DNA of 64,000 nucleotides from Albugo candida (Eukaryota): NCBI GenBank assembly GCA_040437565.1, contig JBDOQK010000002.1, positions 310,001 to 374,000 of the forward strand, read 5' to 3'. Shown piece by piece: positions 53,518 to 64,000 of this stretch (position 1 is its first letter; each line of letters starts with the position of its first letter). The notes under the pieces were generated by a model. It saw only the letters and a program-made list of their open reading frames with translations, ran no database searches and was not told where the DNA came from. The position numbers and the translations under genes were made by a program.

Positions 53518-54219
53518 GTTTATGTACCGTTGAGTACTGCTCTCAGCGTACTATCTATCTCATTGGAAGAATCCGAGCTGTCGGATGCATTGACGGATAT
53601 AGAGTCCTTCTCATGATCAGAATTCTCTTCACATTTCTCGTTGGTGTCAAGGTTCTTAGGCTTCTTCGCTTGTTTCAATTCGTTCCACTCACGCATCTGT
53701 TTTCTTCGTTCCATTTCAATTGTTTCGACCAGTCCTTCAAACTGTATCCGTTCTTGTTCCTCCTATCGATTTCGAGTATCCTCTTCTTCTTGTCGCATCT
53801 GTGCTTCAGATTGTTTCTTCCGAATCATCATTTCATCGTTTCGAACCCGGTAAGCCTCGGAGGATCTAGACCAAGATTTGAGGGATCCCCTGGACTGAAT
53901 AGACTTTACCCAAGTCAAAATCCAAAGTGATTTGTGTGCATGCGTTCCCACTCTCACTGAACGATTCCAAGGAAACAGAAAATATGTGAGTGTAGAGTGG
54001 TGTTGCAGATTTCAATATAAAGTCCGAGTCGAAAATTGCACGTAAAGCTTCGATTTCCTGTTCTATCAGCTCTGAAGCAAGTTGTATCGATTTATGATTG
54101 GGTGATGCTGAGGTGGCTTGCGTGTCTATCGGTGCGGTCAAGAAGCCCAGCTTTCAAAGGGGTCGATCAATGAGAATCGTATATTGCTTACATTTCTTTT
54201 TACTTTTTTTCTTTCCCAT
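53518..54219 (-). pseudogene. GCN2: Truncated GCN2 5' duplicate (exon 1, RWD, coiled coil) with internal deletion
   Basis: Aligns by eye to 39425-40229 with many substitutions; segment matching ~39747-39887 is deleted; shows exon 1 MGKKKSKKK (ATG 54219, donor 54191); stops before the kinase. Confidence 0.9.
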
Positions 54220-54243
54220 AGTAAACGCACCCGAGAAAGATAA

Positions 54244-54609
54244 GGCAGTAGTGAAGCAATAATAAAGCGCTCGGTCAAGGGCGAGTGGCTGTATGACTCA
54301 TTAAAGTATCATGAATATAAGGCTGTGTACCGGTATTAATGATGAAGCTGGAAAAATCAGAAGATTGGCAAATTGTNNNNNNNNNNNNNNNNNNNNNNNN
54401 NNNNNNNNNNNNNNNNNNNNNNNNNNNNNNNNNNNNNNNNNNNNNNNNNNNNNNNNNNNNNNNNNNNNNNNNNNNNGGCAGTAGTGAAGCAATAATAAAG
54501 CGCTCGGTCAAGGGCGAGTGGCTGTATGACTCATTAAAGTATCATGAATATAAGGCTGTGTACCGGTATTAATGATGAAGCTGGAAAAATCAGAAGATTG
54601 GCAAATTGT
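54244..54609. repeat. Gap-flanking duplication 54244-54376 / 54477-54609
   Basis: Identical sequence on both sides of N 54377-54476; its 3' part also recurs at 40330-40394. Confidence 0.85.
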
Positions 54610-54734
54610 ATCGCTTCCAAATTTAGCTTTGTAGTATAAATAATCATTTTATAGTCTATCTCGACCATATAAGGTACAAGCTCTGGCTTAGAGTATTGTG
54701 TGAGATAAGAGCTGATTTGTTATGATGTCTAATG

Positions 54735-56153
54735 TCACAAATCCATGCAAATTGGCTTTCTGTACAGACTGCAAAGTAATTCAATTCGCATATTGAATCG
54801 CCTGTACGCGAGTGGTAATCGTACCTTATCTGCTTGCGACGCGTCGTGTATTAGCACAAGTTGAGTTTCTTGTTGGAATATCTTCATAACATCCTCTACC
54901 GGTGCGTCACTCATCACAAATCGAACAGGATGACCAAATGTTTTCATGAATTCAGACACCAAAATGTGTTCCTGGAGCCTGTCGTGAAAATGTGTACATA
55001 GAAAACAATCGAAACCACTTACGTTGGGATGGACGAGCGTCAAATCATTTAGGAAGAAGAATCCAATGACCTCATCAGGTTCATTGTGCCATACTGGAAT
55101 CCAGTCTTGGCCGTGCTGATGCAAATCACTCATCGTTTGGTAATCTAATCGTGCACAGGTGTTTGAAAGTAGAATGGTTAAGGAGCATTATGTGCACGTC
55201 AACGGAGGAATAATCAGAAATAATCGGAAAGAGGATATCGATATCATTGAAGTGTTCTCGAGTCGCACCATGACCTTGTTCACGGGGAGCTTCTTGTACC
55301 TGAGGGTCATTCTGACCAAATCAATTTCCTGGGGACTGAGAACGCTCTGATTTGCATGTATTTCCAGATACTTGGCAAGTTCTTTCTTGGAATAGATCCT
55401 TCCGGATTCCTCTCCAATGAAATGATCTAAAGCAGTTTGCGCTGACTTTGCCACTGGATGGAACAGCATAAGTAGTGCTTCCACTAATGGAACGAGCTTG
55501 GATCCAAGACTTATTGCATGTCGAGCACACACTGCTTGTGGTACGATTTCACCAAATAAAAGTATGACGCAGGTTGATATCAGAAACCCAATCAGTCCAT
55601 TTGTCATGTCAGCTATCAAAATTGACAGCAGCGAATTCGTCGAGATGTTGCCAAGCACCAAGGTGGTGAGTAAGCGATGCCCATTTTTACGAATAGATAA
55701 TATACGGCTCGCTGCAATTGCATTTTGTTGTTCCTTTATCGTTGCATTTGGCTGATTTCCTGCAGCAATCAAAACCTTCAATCCAACTTTATTGAGTGAT
55801 AAGAGCCCCAGTGTCAAACCCGAAAAAATAGCGGATACAAATATCAACGGTGGAATCGCAATATATCGTGAGACTTGGATCACAGCGGACAGATACGCTT
55901 CCCTGGAATTCCAATCCGCATCGGATAGGTTCTCTCCTGTTTGATTGTATTTACTTGCGATGAAAGGGTCATCTACCAGCGCGTGCACCTCCAGCATATA
56001 GTTATCGTCTGTCAGCTCGGGCTTTGCAGTCTGATTCGCTTTTGCTGAAGGAAGAACAAGTGCGTCAGAGATCTCTTCGAGCACAATCTCAGACGCGTTA
56101 ATGCATACATAAGCGAAAGCGATTACTACCACCCATTTGTACATCGCATGCAT
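54735..56153 (-). CDS. CNNM/DUF21 (MAM3-like) metal transporter with degenerate CBS region; 3' exon boundaries uncertain
   Basis: Signal-like MYKWVVVIAFAYVCINA; SAIFSGLTLGLLSL, HRLLTTLVLGN, LLFGEIVPQAVCARH, YSKKEL; downstream exon HGQDWIPVW. Confidence 0.85.
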
Positions 56154-56338
56154 TACTGAACGCTTACTTATTAAGCAAAGGGATACGACCAAAAGACAGT
56201 TGAGCAAGTAGTGTTCGATTGACACATTGACTATGAGAGGGAAGGGGTACGATGAACGAGCGCTTTTACAGAGCAGACGATCAGAGGATTGTTGTATAGG
56301 CGGAACATTAAAAAGAAAGACAGAAATGCATTACAAGC

Positions 56339-58486
56339 TTATGCGTGCCAATACCCAGCTTGCATCATGATGCCGGGGTACATGGCATGCCACTCAGCAA
56401 CAAGCGACTGGTACAAATCTGGGTGCGAGTGCATGAATGCGGCGGGATCCTGGTAGAAACCGATTACGATTAGAGGTCATTTCTATGTAAAAACCCTTGT
56501 GACTCACCTCTGCAAAACATACGAAGATGGTCGCGACCGAGCTGTCGATAACCGAAAGAGGAGTCATTGCTATTCCAATGCCGATAAACAGACCCAACAG
56601 ACCCATCACAACTGCAGCCGTACACATATCAGAAAAAAGCATTTATGTAGAAGGTGATCGCATACCTGAGCTGTTGTCAAAGTCCAGCGCAGTAATCGCA
56701 TTGGATAATATGACACCAACTACCGCACAGATCATTCCTATGATACAAGCAAATAAGAGCTTGTGATAGATGCACAGATTTGAAAGTACATACCGACAGC
56801 CAGGGATGCAAACCCAAGCACATTTCCAATGAGATCGTCGTTGATGATCGCATCAAAACCACGAGATCGAAAGAGATCCAACACAGCTTTGCCCGACTTG
56901 GTAAATGTGTACCCGTAGATACCGACGTAAACAAAAGCCCAACGATTGAAGTATTCCATGAGAGCTTCAAGACATCCCAAAATGCATTCTGCTATACAAG
57001 CAGCACAGCTTCCTTCTTCCCGCGCGTTTTGTGCCAACTGTTGATAATATGAGCACAATCACACTGAATATCACTTGAAGATAACGTACCGAGCGCAATG
57101 TTTGCAAGATTGCGACCAATAACGAGCCCATGCATATCGATCCCAACGACGTCGTACATGCACGTTTCAAAGACGCACCGGAAGCGCCAGATGATTCCGA
57201 ATTGTACCAAAAAGTAGCAACAGTTCCCGCTACTGTTGTGTGCGAGATATTTTTGAATACCTGGATGAGATCGTTTCGATTTTAGTACTTGACAATTCCG
57301 TACGCGTGAAAGCTCACCTGAAGACCCCAGTACAGCGATAATAACAGAAAGAAATACGCTGCAGAGGCTGATCCAGAGCTTTTAAATCCTTGACCTTGAG
57401 GTTCATTTCCATAGCACCGTCTCATCCCCGTTGAATACATTCTGCAATAATTGGAAGCGCAATCAAAGTTGCTGGCACATGACGATCCATCACCAAATCC
57501 ATTACGATTGGACACTTGACTAGGATCATCACTTTTGAATTGATTCGCGACTCCAACCATTGCAATTGCCCAAACGAGAACCCATACAATTTGCACAATT
57601 GTCAAAGCGATCGAAATGCAGTACGTCGTGCTGTGTTTGCTGATTGCTGCTGCTGCTACTTGAAGGTTGACAGCGGCAAATGGGATGCGATTTCGAACAG
57701 CCCGAGCATAACTATCAAAGTCCAAGGTAATTCTCCGTCACAAAAAACAAAGCAGGACGCCCAATGCACCTTACCATAAGTTCAATAATGCCACAATAAG
57801 TGCCAGTACACCAAAAACGATACTTCCGATCGCAAAGCCATAAGCAGCCACCGCAAATGATACAAATACATTGAACCTATCATACACACATTTTAGACTG
57901 TATTTCAGTAATTTGTGACTTGAACAGCATACCAAAGGCAGAATGTTATCATGGGGCGCGCAAACGCGACCAAAAGCTTGACGAACGCGAGCGCGATTCC
58001 AAGCGCAGCAACCGCGAGTACCGCCGATATGATGACAACAGTTTTCGTGTTTTTAGAGGAAAGCAGCGGTGACGATTCTTTTCCTTTTGTATCACTATCC
58101 AACGCATCAAATCCCCAAATTCCCTACAGAAATAAACACGTATCAATTGCAACTCATCTCCCTAATATATGACAAAGCACACCATTAAAGCAATTATCGC
58201 GGCAACATTAAGCAGAAACAGCACTGCAAAAGGCCAATCTCGCCATCCGACACTGGCTGGTTGCTGACTACACGAAGACGTCAGATTTCATACAATAATT
58301 GCACACGTCTTTTTCCGCAACGTACGGCTTAATCGCGTCTACTTGCTGGACATGACTGGTCGCTTCTCCGTAATTACTACAAACAACGCATTATTATTCA
58401 CAGATCCTGCATACTGCAACGAATCTCATGTACAACTGTGAAAATCCTGGTTGATTGTCGCCCCTGTAAGCGTCTTGATTGTACAT
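56339..58486 (-). CDS. Choline transporter-like protein (CTL/SLC44/PNS1 family), multi-exon
   Basis: WRDWPFAVLFLLN, RNRIPFAAVNL, TTSLGSICMGSLLVAIL, EYFNRWAFVYVGIYGYTFTKSGK, IINDDLI, VIDSSVATIFVCFAE|DP. Confidence 0.9.
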
Positions 58487-58614
58487 CTACTCGCTTGTTC
58501 TCGAATTTCTCGAATGCACAAAAAGGTTGCTGGAATAGTATTCAGTAGGGTAAAGGTGAGTAATCACGTACTTAAGCTATGCTTTTCTAAGTACGTGCGC
58601 TAAGTACGAACAAT

Positions 58615-60621
58615 ATGTTTCAGATTCGTGTCCAAGTGCCTCAAGAGATGATGTCTTATGACGAGGGAAGGAAAGAGGAGGAAGAAGAAGTGAAGGCTTC
58701 TACAGGGGAAGTTGTTTCGAAGGATACGGATTGCTTGGATGGAGTATTATTCTTGTCGGGAAATCCACAAGTTCGCATTTTATCCGGCAAGCTGCGGTTC
58801 TACCGACCTGATAAGATTCTGCCTATAATGCTCGATACGGATGATCAGGGCTTGCCAAAAGCGAGAAATCTTCTTCTTTGTATTGTTACGGTGCCTTCTC
58901 ACATGTCGCCGGTTGAATTATTGGATTTCCTGGCGTTTTTTCGTCATGATGTATCGGTTGTTCGCATACTAAAAGATCCAGAGCGAAGTAATTGCATGGC
59001 GCTTTTACAGTTTACAACTCAAGAACGCGCGGATCAATTTTTCTTGGTTGGGATTTCTTATATGCGTATGCAACTTTCACCTCAATCTCAATAGAAGATG
59101 ACTTTCTCTGTGTCTGAAGGCGCACAATGGCAAATACTTCAACTCTATCGAGCTGGAACGATGCAAAATTGTTTTCGTACGAAGTATTGAGATTGATGCT
59201 ATGTTGGAAGCAAAACCGGATTCGGTCGATCAGTATATCAAATGTGCGAATGGGAAGCGGAGTGATTTCGACCAAAACCAAAAGTTTCTGCTCCCACCGA
59301 CAGGAATGACAGAGATTCCGACATGTGCGGTATGCTTGGACCGACTGGACGCATCTGCCTCAGGAATCGTTACGACGCTTTGCAATCATACTTTTCATTG
59401 CGATTGTTTATTTCGATGGGAAGGATCCAGTTGTCCAGTATGTCGCTTCAGTCACAGTGATATTCGATCGGCTTGTGAGGTATGGACCGCATGTTGAAAA
59501 ATGCGGTGATGTTTTCGAACTCTCACCCAGATTCTTAGGTCTGTGACACAACGAATCATCTTTGGATATGTCTCATTTGCGGACACGTCGGATGCGGCCG
59601 ATATTCTGGCGAGCATGCAAAGAAGCATTATCAAGAGACGTTGCACGCCTATTCCCTTGAACTTGAAACACAGCGAGTGTGGGATTATGCAGGAGATGGG
59701 TACGCTTACTATTAAAACACTATTTTTGGGTCATCCTGTCACTGTTTCTGTGCAATTCAAATCCAGTTACGTGCATCGTCTGATTCTCAACAAACACGAT
59801 GGAAAATTCGTTGAAATAGCACCACCAAACACCATCAGCGGCGAGCGATCCCAAATTCCTCCAACAACTTCAGAGCAGGACCAAGAAAACGAACATCGTA
59901 AACTTGAGAAACTGGCTGTGGAATATAATTGGCTTCTGAAAAGGTTGGTTTGCATTACGATCGCATCTTTCCAATAGCTGACCATGGATCGCTGCAGTCA
60001 ACTCGAAGAACAACGATTGTATTATGAACGGCTACTAACGACTGCGAATCAATGCGATAATTCTATAGCATCAATTACATTAGAGCAAGAAGTCAGACAT
60101 CTGAAAAAGTCAAATGAAATCTTACAACAAAAAGCGACCAAATCGGAGGAGGAATTGGATTTTGTGCGGTACACAATACGTTGCGATATTTATTGGCTTG
60201 AGTATTGACGTGTGGTATCTATCAAAAGTGAACTTAACAAGTCCTTGATTGAGAATCAGCTTCAATGGAAGGCAAGAATACGTGAGTTAGAAGAGCAGAA
60301 GCGCAATGTGGACAAGGAAAACATGCTGCGGATCGGAGAACTGGAAGCCCAGGTACGATCCATGAACTGTTCTATCAATATCACGATGGACCTGACCTAG
60401 TTCAATTAGGTCCGCGACTTGATGTTTTATCTAGACACGCAGAGTAAAGTTGAGCGCAGTGCATACAAAAACGAGATACAGGTACGATAATATGTACAGC
60501 AACAATGACAATGTGAGTCAAACATGTTTTCGTCACGTAGGGAGGTGTCATCCAAACGAGCGAGAAGAGTTTCAGTGAGCGTGTGATACCTTCTTCACGC
60601 CGGAAAGGGAAGAAGAAGTAA
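58615..60621 (+). CDS. BRAP: BRAP2/IMP/ETP1 RING + ZnF-UBP ubiquitin ligase, multi-exon
   Basis: BRAP2 domain ([18 protein letters not shown]); [17 protein letters not shown]...[23 protein letters not shown] finger [19 protein letters not shown]...[15 protein letters not shown]; coiled coil. Confidence 0.92.
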
Positions 60622-60688
60622 TTGAACAGTACACTCGTTTCAATAATACAAATTGTTGTTTGTAATTGATCAATTTCACTGGATCTGA

Positions 60689-61646
60689 ATGACTTTACGT
60701 CGAAATTCCAGTCGTTTATTACAACTATTAGAGAAATGTGAGGCTCCAATTCGAATTGCGGACACCTGGCGTGACTTTCAAGAGTCTAATGTACGTGTTC
60801 TTGGCATCGATATCAACACTAACAGCACTGGCGTCGTCGTTTTGAATGAATCCGGTACGTCAATTATCTCCTTTAAAGCCTATAGAGTGGGACTTAATTT
60901 ACCGTTGAAAAGGAAAACTCGATCATTGCGATAAGATCTCAACTGCTTCGCTGTGCAATTCAGACATTTTCACCATTGGAAAGCGTATCGAAGAGGTTTT
61001 GATCCAAACACGTGACAAGATGCAAGCAGTTCAGCGGTTGAGACAACCAGATACGCCGATTGTTTGGCGTATTGGCATTGAGGATTTTATGCGTACGTTT
61101 GTGGCCGGACGCTTTCATACCAAAGGATTGATACAATTAGCTCAGTTGAACGGTATTGTTTCCTACTCTTGCTGGAAGAACTTTGACGCAAAACCAAAGC
61201 ACTATCATCCTACTTTGGCCCGCTCTTTTTTCGGGCTAAGTAAATCTTCCACTAATTCAGAAACGCAAGATCTCCGGAAGCAACTTATTAAAGATATTGT
61301 CCTGAAGTATGTCGAGAACCTGGACCCACTCATTCGAAAGAGTATGACTTATACTCGAACGGGGCGGCCAACAGAGCAGAATTACGACATTGCAGATGCA
61401 TATATCATCGCACTATATAGCTATCTTCAGTGCTTTCAGAATCAAATACAATGTGATGAGAAGCTTTCATCTGCATTCATCCAAGAGTATAGAAATCGAC
61501 TATTTGAGGCGAAGAAAAGTGTGGAGGCCGAACGTCTGGCGGGTATGACTGAAGAAGAACAGGGACAGTATTTGGAAACTTGCTTTAAAAGCGCGATTGA
61601 AATATGGATTAAGAGAAATTTTATGCAGATTCTAAGCTCTCAGTGA
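60689..61646 (+). CDS. RuvC-like (Holliday junction resolvase, RNase H fold) nuclease, 299 aa, 2 exons (intron 60855-60912)
   Basis: VLGIDINTNSTGVVVL, IGIED, LAQLNGIV, YHPTLARSFFG, KDIVLKYV and NYDIADAYIIA match the order and spacing of RuvC motifs; GT-AG splice joins the two ORFs in frame. Confidence 0.8.
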
Positions 61647-61724
61647 GCACCGCAAAGTATTTAACATGCAATACATTCTATCACCTTAGGAATTAATGTG
61701 TTCACCCTATAATCGTACACCATT

Positions 61725-63690
61725 ATGCTGGAAGCGATTTCCACTAAACGAAAACGCAAAAGTCGATTTACTGACGCCACATCTGATGAGGTGCAAGTAG
61801 ACAATCCACAGCTGGATACTGTTTCCAGTAGTAATGCCGATCCCGCATCTCGCGCAAAAGCTGCAGCTGCAAAAATCGCTAAAGTCCTTCCAACTACCAA
61901 TTCAGTCTCAAGTGTGATATCTCATGGCTTTTCGGGCCACGAAATCACCTCAAACGGTACTGTTGACCGTAATTCAGCCGTCGAATTACAGAAATTGAGA
62001 ACGAATCAAATCTACAAATCGGTACAAGAGCAAATGAGTCAAATTCGAGCACTTTTAAGAAACCCGAATGTCGGTGGGGGCAAGACTTTCATGCCAGCTC
62101 CACTGCTGCTTGATGAGCAAGGTCGACAGATCGATGAAAGTGGAAACGTTATCAATGAGAACATTGCTCCAACTATCGCTACGCTAAAAGCTAATAAAGC
62201 ATCGACCCGTATTGCTCAAAATCCATACTTGGTTTTTCGGAACATCGACAAGGAGGACAAATTAGATTCATTGGATCCGAGACTTAAAGTTCGAAAGAGG
62301 GAGACGTGAGTCGTATCGCTGATCTCACGATCATTGTTGAATGAAATTTTCATTGTGTCGTGTTTTAGGCGTGCCGAAAAAACGTTCAATTTTGTCAAGC
62401 AAGGAACTTTTGTCAAGCAAGCAGAACAAGTGCGAGCTCGTGAGGCTAAAAGAATGCTTGCTGGATTTACATCAGGAAGAAATCCGAGAGCGTATAAAAA
62501 AGAATCGATTGTAGCGGTAGACGAGGAGAAAACAGAGGTCACAAACAGAGCAGATGAAGAACTGCAATTGCCAATATCAGAGAATCTCGATGTCACAGTT
62601 CCTTTGAAACCAGATTCAAATACACCTGATATCGAGTGGTGGGATGTCGCGTATCTTCCGAAGGAGAAGAAAATTATGGTTGATAAATTTGGACTTGTGA
62701 AGGCAAAATGTCGTAAAGAGAATCCTGACCTCACGGTGGATTATCATGAAATGAGATTGAAGTATTGTGGTACAATGAACGTGATCGAGCATCCTTCGAA
62801 GCTAAATTCGTTGAGAAGAGATAACCAGACCGTTGCATTGCCGCTGATGTTGACCGCATCGGTAAGGAACCTGAGGTATACTTACATAGAAACGTCAAAA
62901 TGATGCACATTTTATTCACAGGAACGGAAAAAAATTCGTCGAAAAAATCGTGCCGAGAGCGAGAAAGAAAAACAGGACAAGATCGCTTTGGGTTTATTAC
63001 CGCCTCCGGAACCAAAAGTCAAATTATCGAATATGATGCGAGTTTTATCGGAACAAGCTGTGGCTGACCCATCAGCGATTGAGAAAAAAGTACGCCAACA
63101 AGTGGCCCAGCGGGAGAAGAATCATGAAATGCGTAATCTTGCACGAAAACTTACACCAGAGGAACGAAGGGAGAAAAAACTGCGCAAAATCAAACAAGAT
63201 GCAGCAGGTGATATCCACGTCGCGCTATTCAGGTCAGTTTGGATATTGGGCTCAGGCTCGACCAACATTTCTCTTGTTTGAGTTTCGTATTCGTAGAGTT
63301 CCTGATCTTACGAATCCGCAACATCGATTCAAAGTAGACGTAAATGCTCAACAATATCATCTTACGGGAGGTGTGGTACTGTGCAAAGAAGACGATATCA
63401 ACGTAGTGATAGTCGAAGGTGGAAAAAAAGCAGTACGACACTACACGCGATTGATGACAAGACGAATCCGTTGGAACGACAGCGCAGATGACGAGAACTC
63501 GGATTGTGATGACAACGACTCTCCCGTCAAATCAAATGGATGCGTTCTCGTGTGGGAAGGCATCGTAGCGAGAAGAGCGTTTAACACCTTCCGCTTCCAA
63601 GAGTGTCGCACTCGTACTACTGCTCGCAAAGTAATGGACACTAAAAATGTTGGTAATTACTGGGATTTAGTTGAAAATTCCATCAATTAG
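61725..63690 (+). CDS. PRP3: U4/U6 snRNP protein Prp3, 4 exons
   Basis: PLLLDEQGR, TLKAN, FNFVKQG, PDIEWWD, EHP, GLLPPPEPKVKLSNMMRVL, RFKVDVNAQQYHLTG, VIVEGGKKAVRHYTRLMTRRIRW, CVLVWEG. Confidence 0.95.
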
Positions 63691-64000
63691 CTGCTTCGGT
63701 ATTGTCACAACAGCCGGAGCGGTATGTTACAAAACATATTGTTAAGACTTATTGNNNNNNNNNNNNNNNNNNNNNNNNNNNNNNNNNNNNNNNNNNNNNN
63801 NNNNNNNNNNNNNNNNNNNNNNNNNNNNNNNNNNNNNNNNNNNNNNNNNNNNNNCAAAACATATTGTTAAGACTTATTGTGCTCTCAATTCCTAAGAATA
63901 AGTGTCAAGGATGACGTTCTGATAACAGCTGCCACAAGAATGCACCTGCAGCGACATACAATGAGCAATTGCTTTCCGTCTTTGAGAAACTCTCTTCCGT

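Noticed and set aside
7238-60621. Functional clustering of ubiquitin-proteasome genes (RPN1, PSMB7, F-box, BRAP2)
   Set aside because: They are scattered among unrelated housekeeping genes, compatible with chance in a gene-dense genome
60689-61646. RuvC protein as a Fanzor/TnpB RNA-guided nuclease
   Set aside because: Only 299 aa, with RuvC-I near the N-terminus, no REC/WED region or zinc finger, no transposon ends and no room for a guide RNA locus; it fits a stand-alone resolvase
1-64000. CRISPR arrays, rRNA or tRNA genes
   Set aside because: No regularly spaced repeat-spacer array or recognisable structural RNA was seen by eye; tRNAscan-SE/Infernal would be needed to exclude small RNAs

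Overview
Eukaryotic, gene-dense scaffold with short (about 45-65 nt) GT-AG introns and very short intergenic spacers. A Crinkler effector, TTTAGGG telomere-type repeats and a flagellar AK9 point to a zoospore-forming oomycete with a compact genome, consistent with an Albugo-like white rust (inference). Fourteen ~100-N gaps are present, and many are flanked by duplicated overlaps that look like assembly or haplotype artefacts. 1-7 kb is gene-poor and holds a decayed DDE transposase. 7.2-40.2 kb is a housekeeping block: RPN1, P4-ATPase, AK9, alpha-SNAP, RabGGTase beta, proteasome beta2, RPS18, Spg1/Tem1, an F-box/DUSP protein, a CH-domain myosin, a tandem-DBD atypical E2F and GCN2. 40.4-53.5 kb is a gene-sparse island with Mutator remnants and an intact CRN (REase + kinase), bracketed by a direct duplication of the GCN2 5' end. 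54.7-63.7 kb is a second housekeeping block: CNNM, CTL/PNS1, BRAP2, an intron-containing RuvC-like nuclease and PRP3. The strongest leads are the RuvC-type resolvase with a possible mitochondrial presequence, the GCN2-duplication-bounded CRN island, and the F-box-DUSP and CH-myosin domain fusions. All family calls are by motif recognition; no database searches were run.
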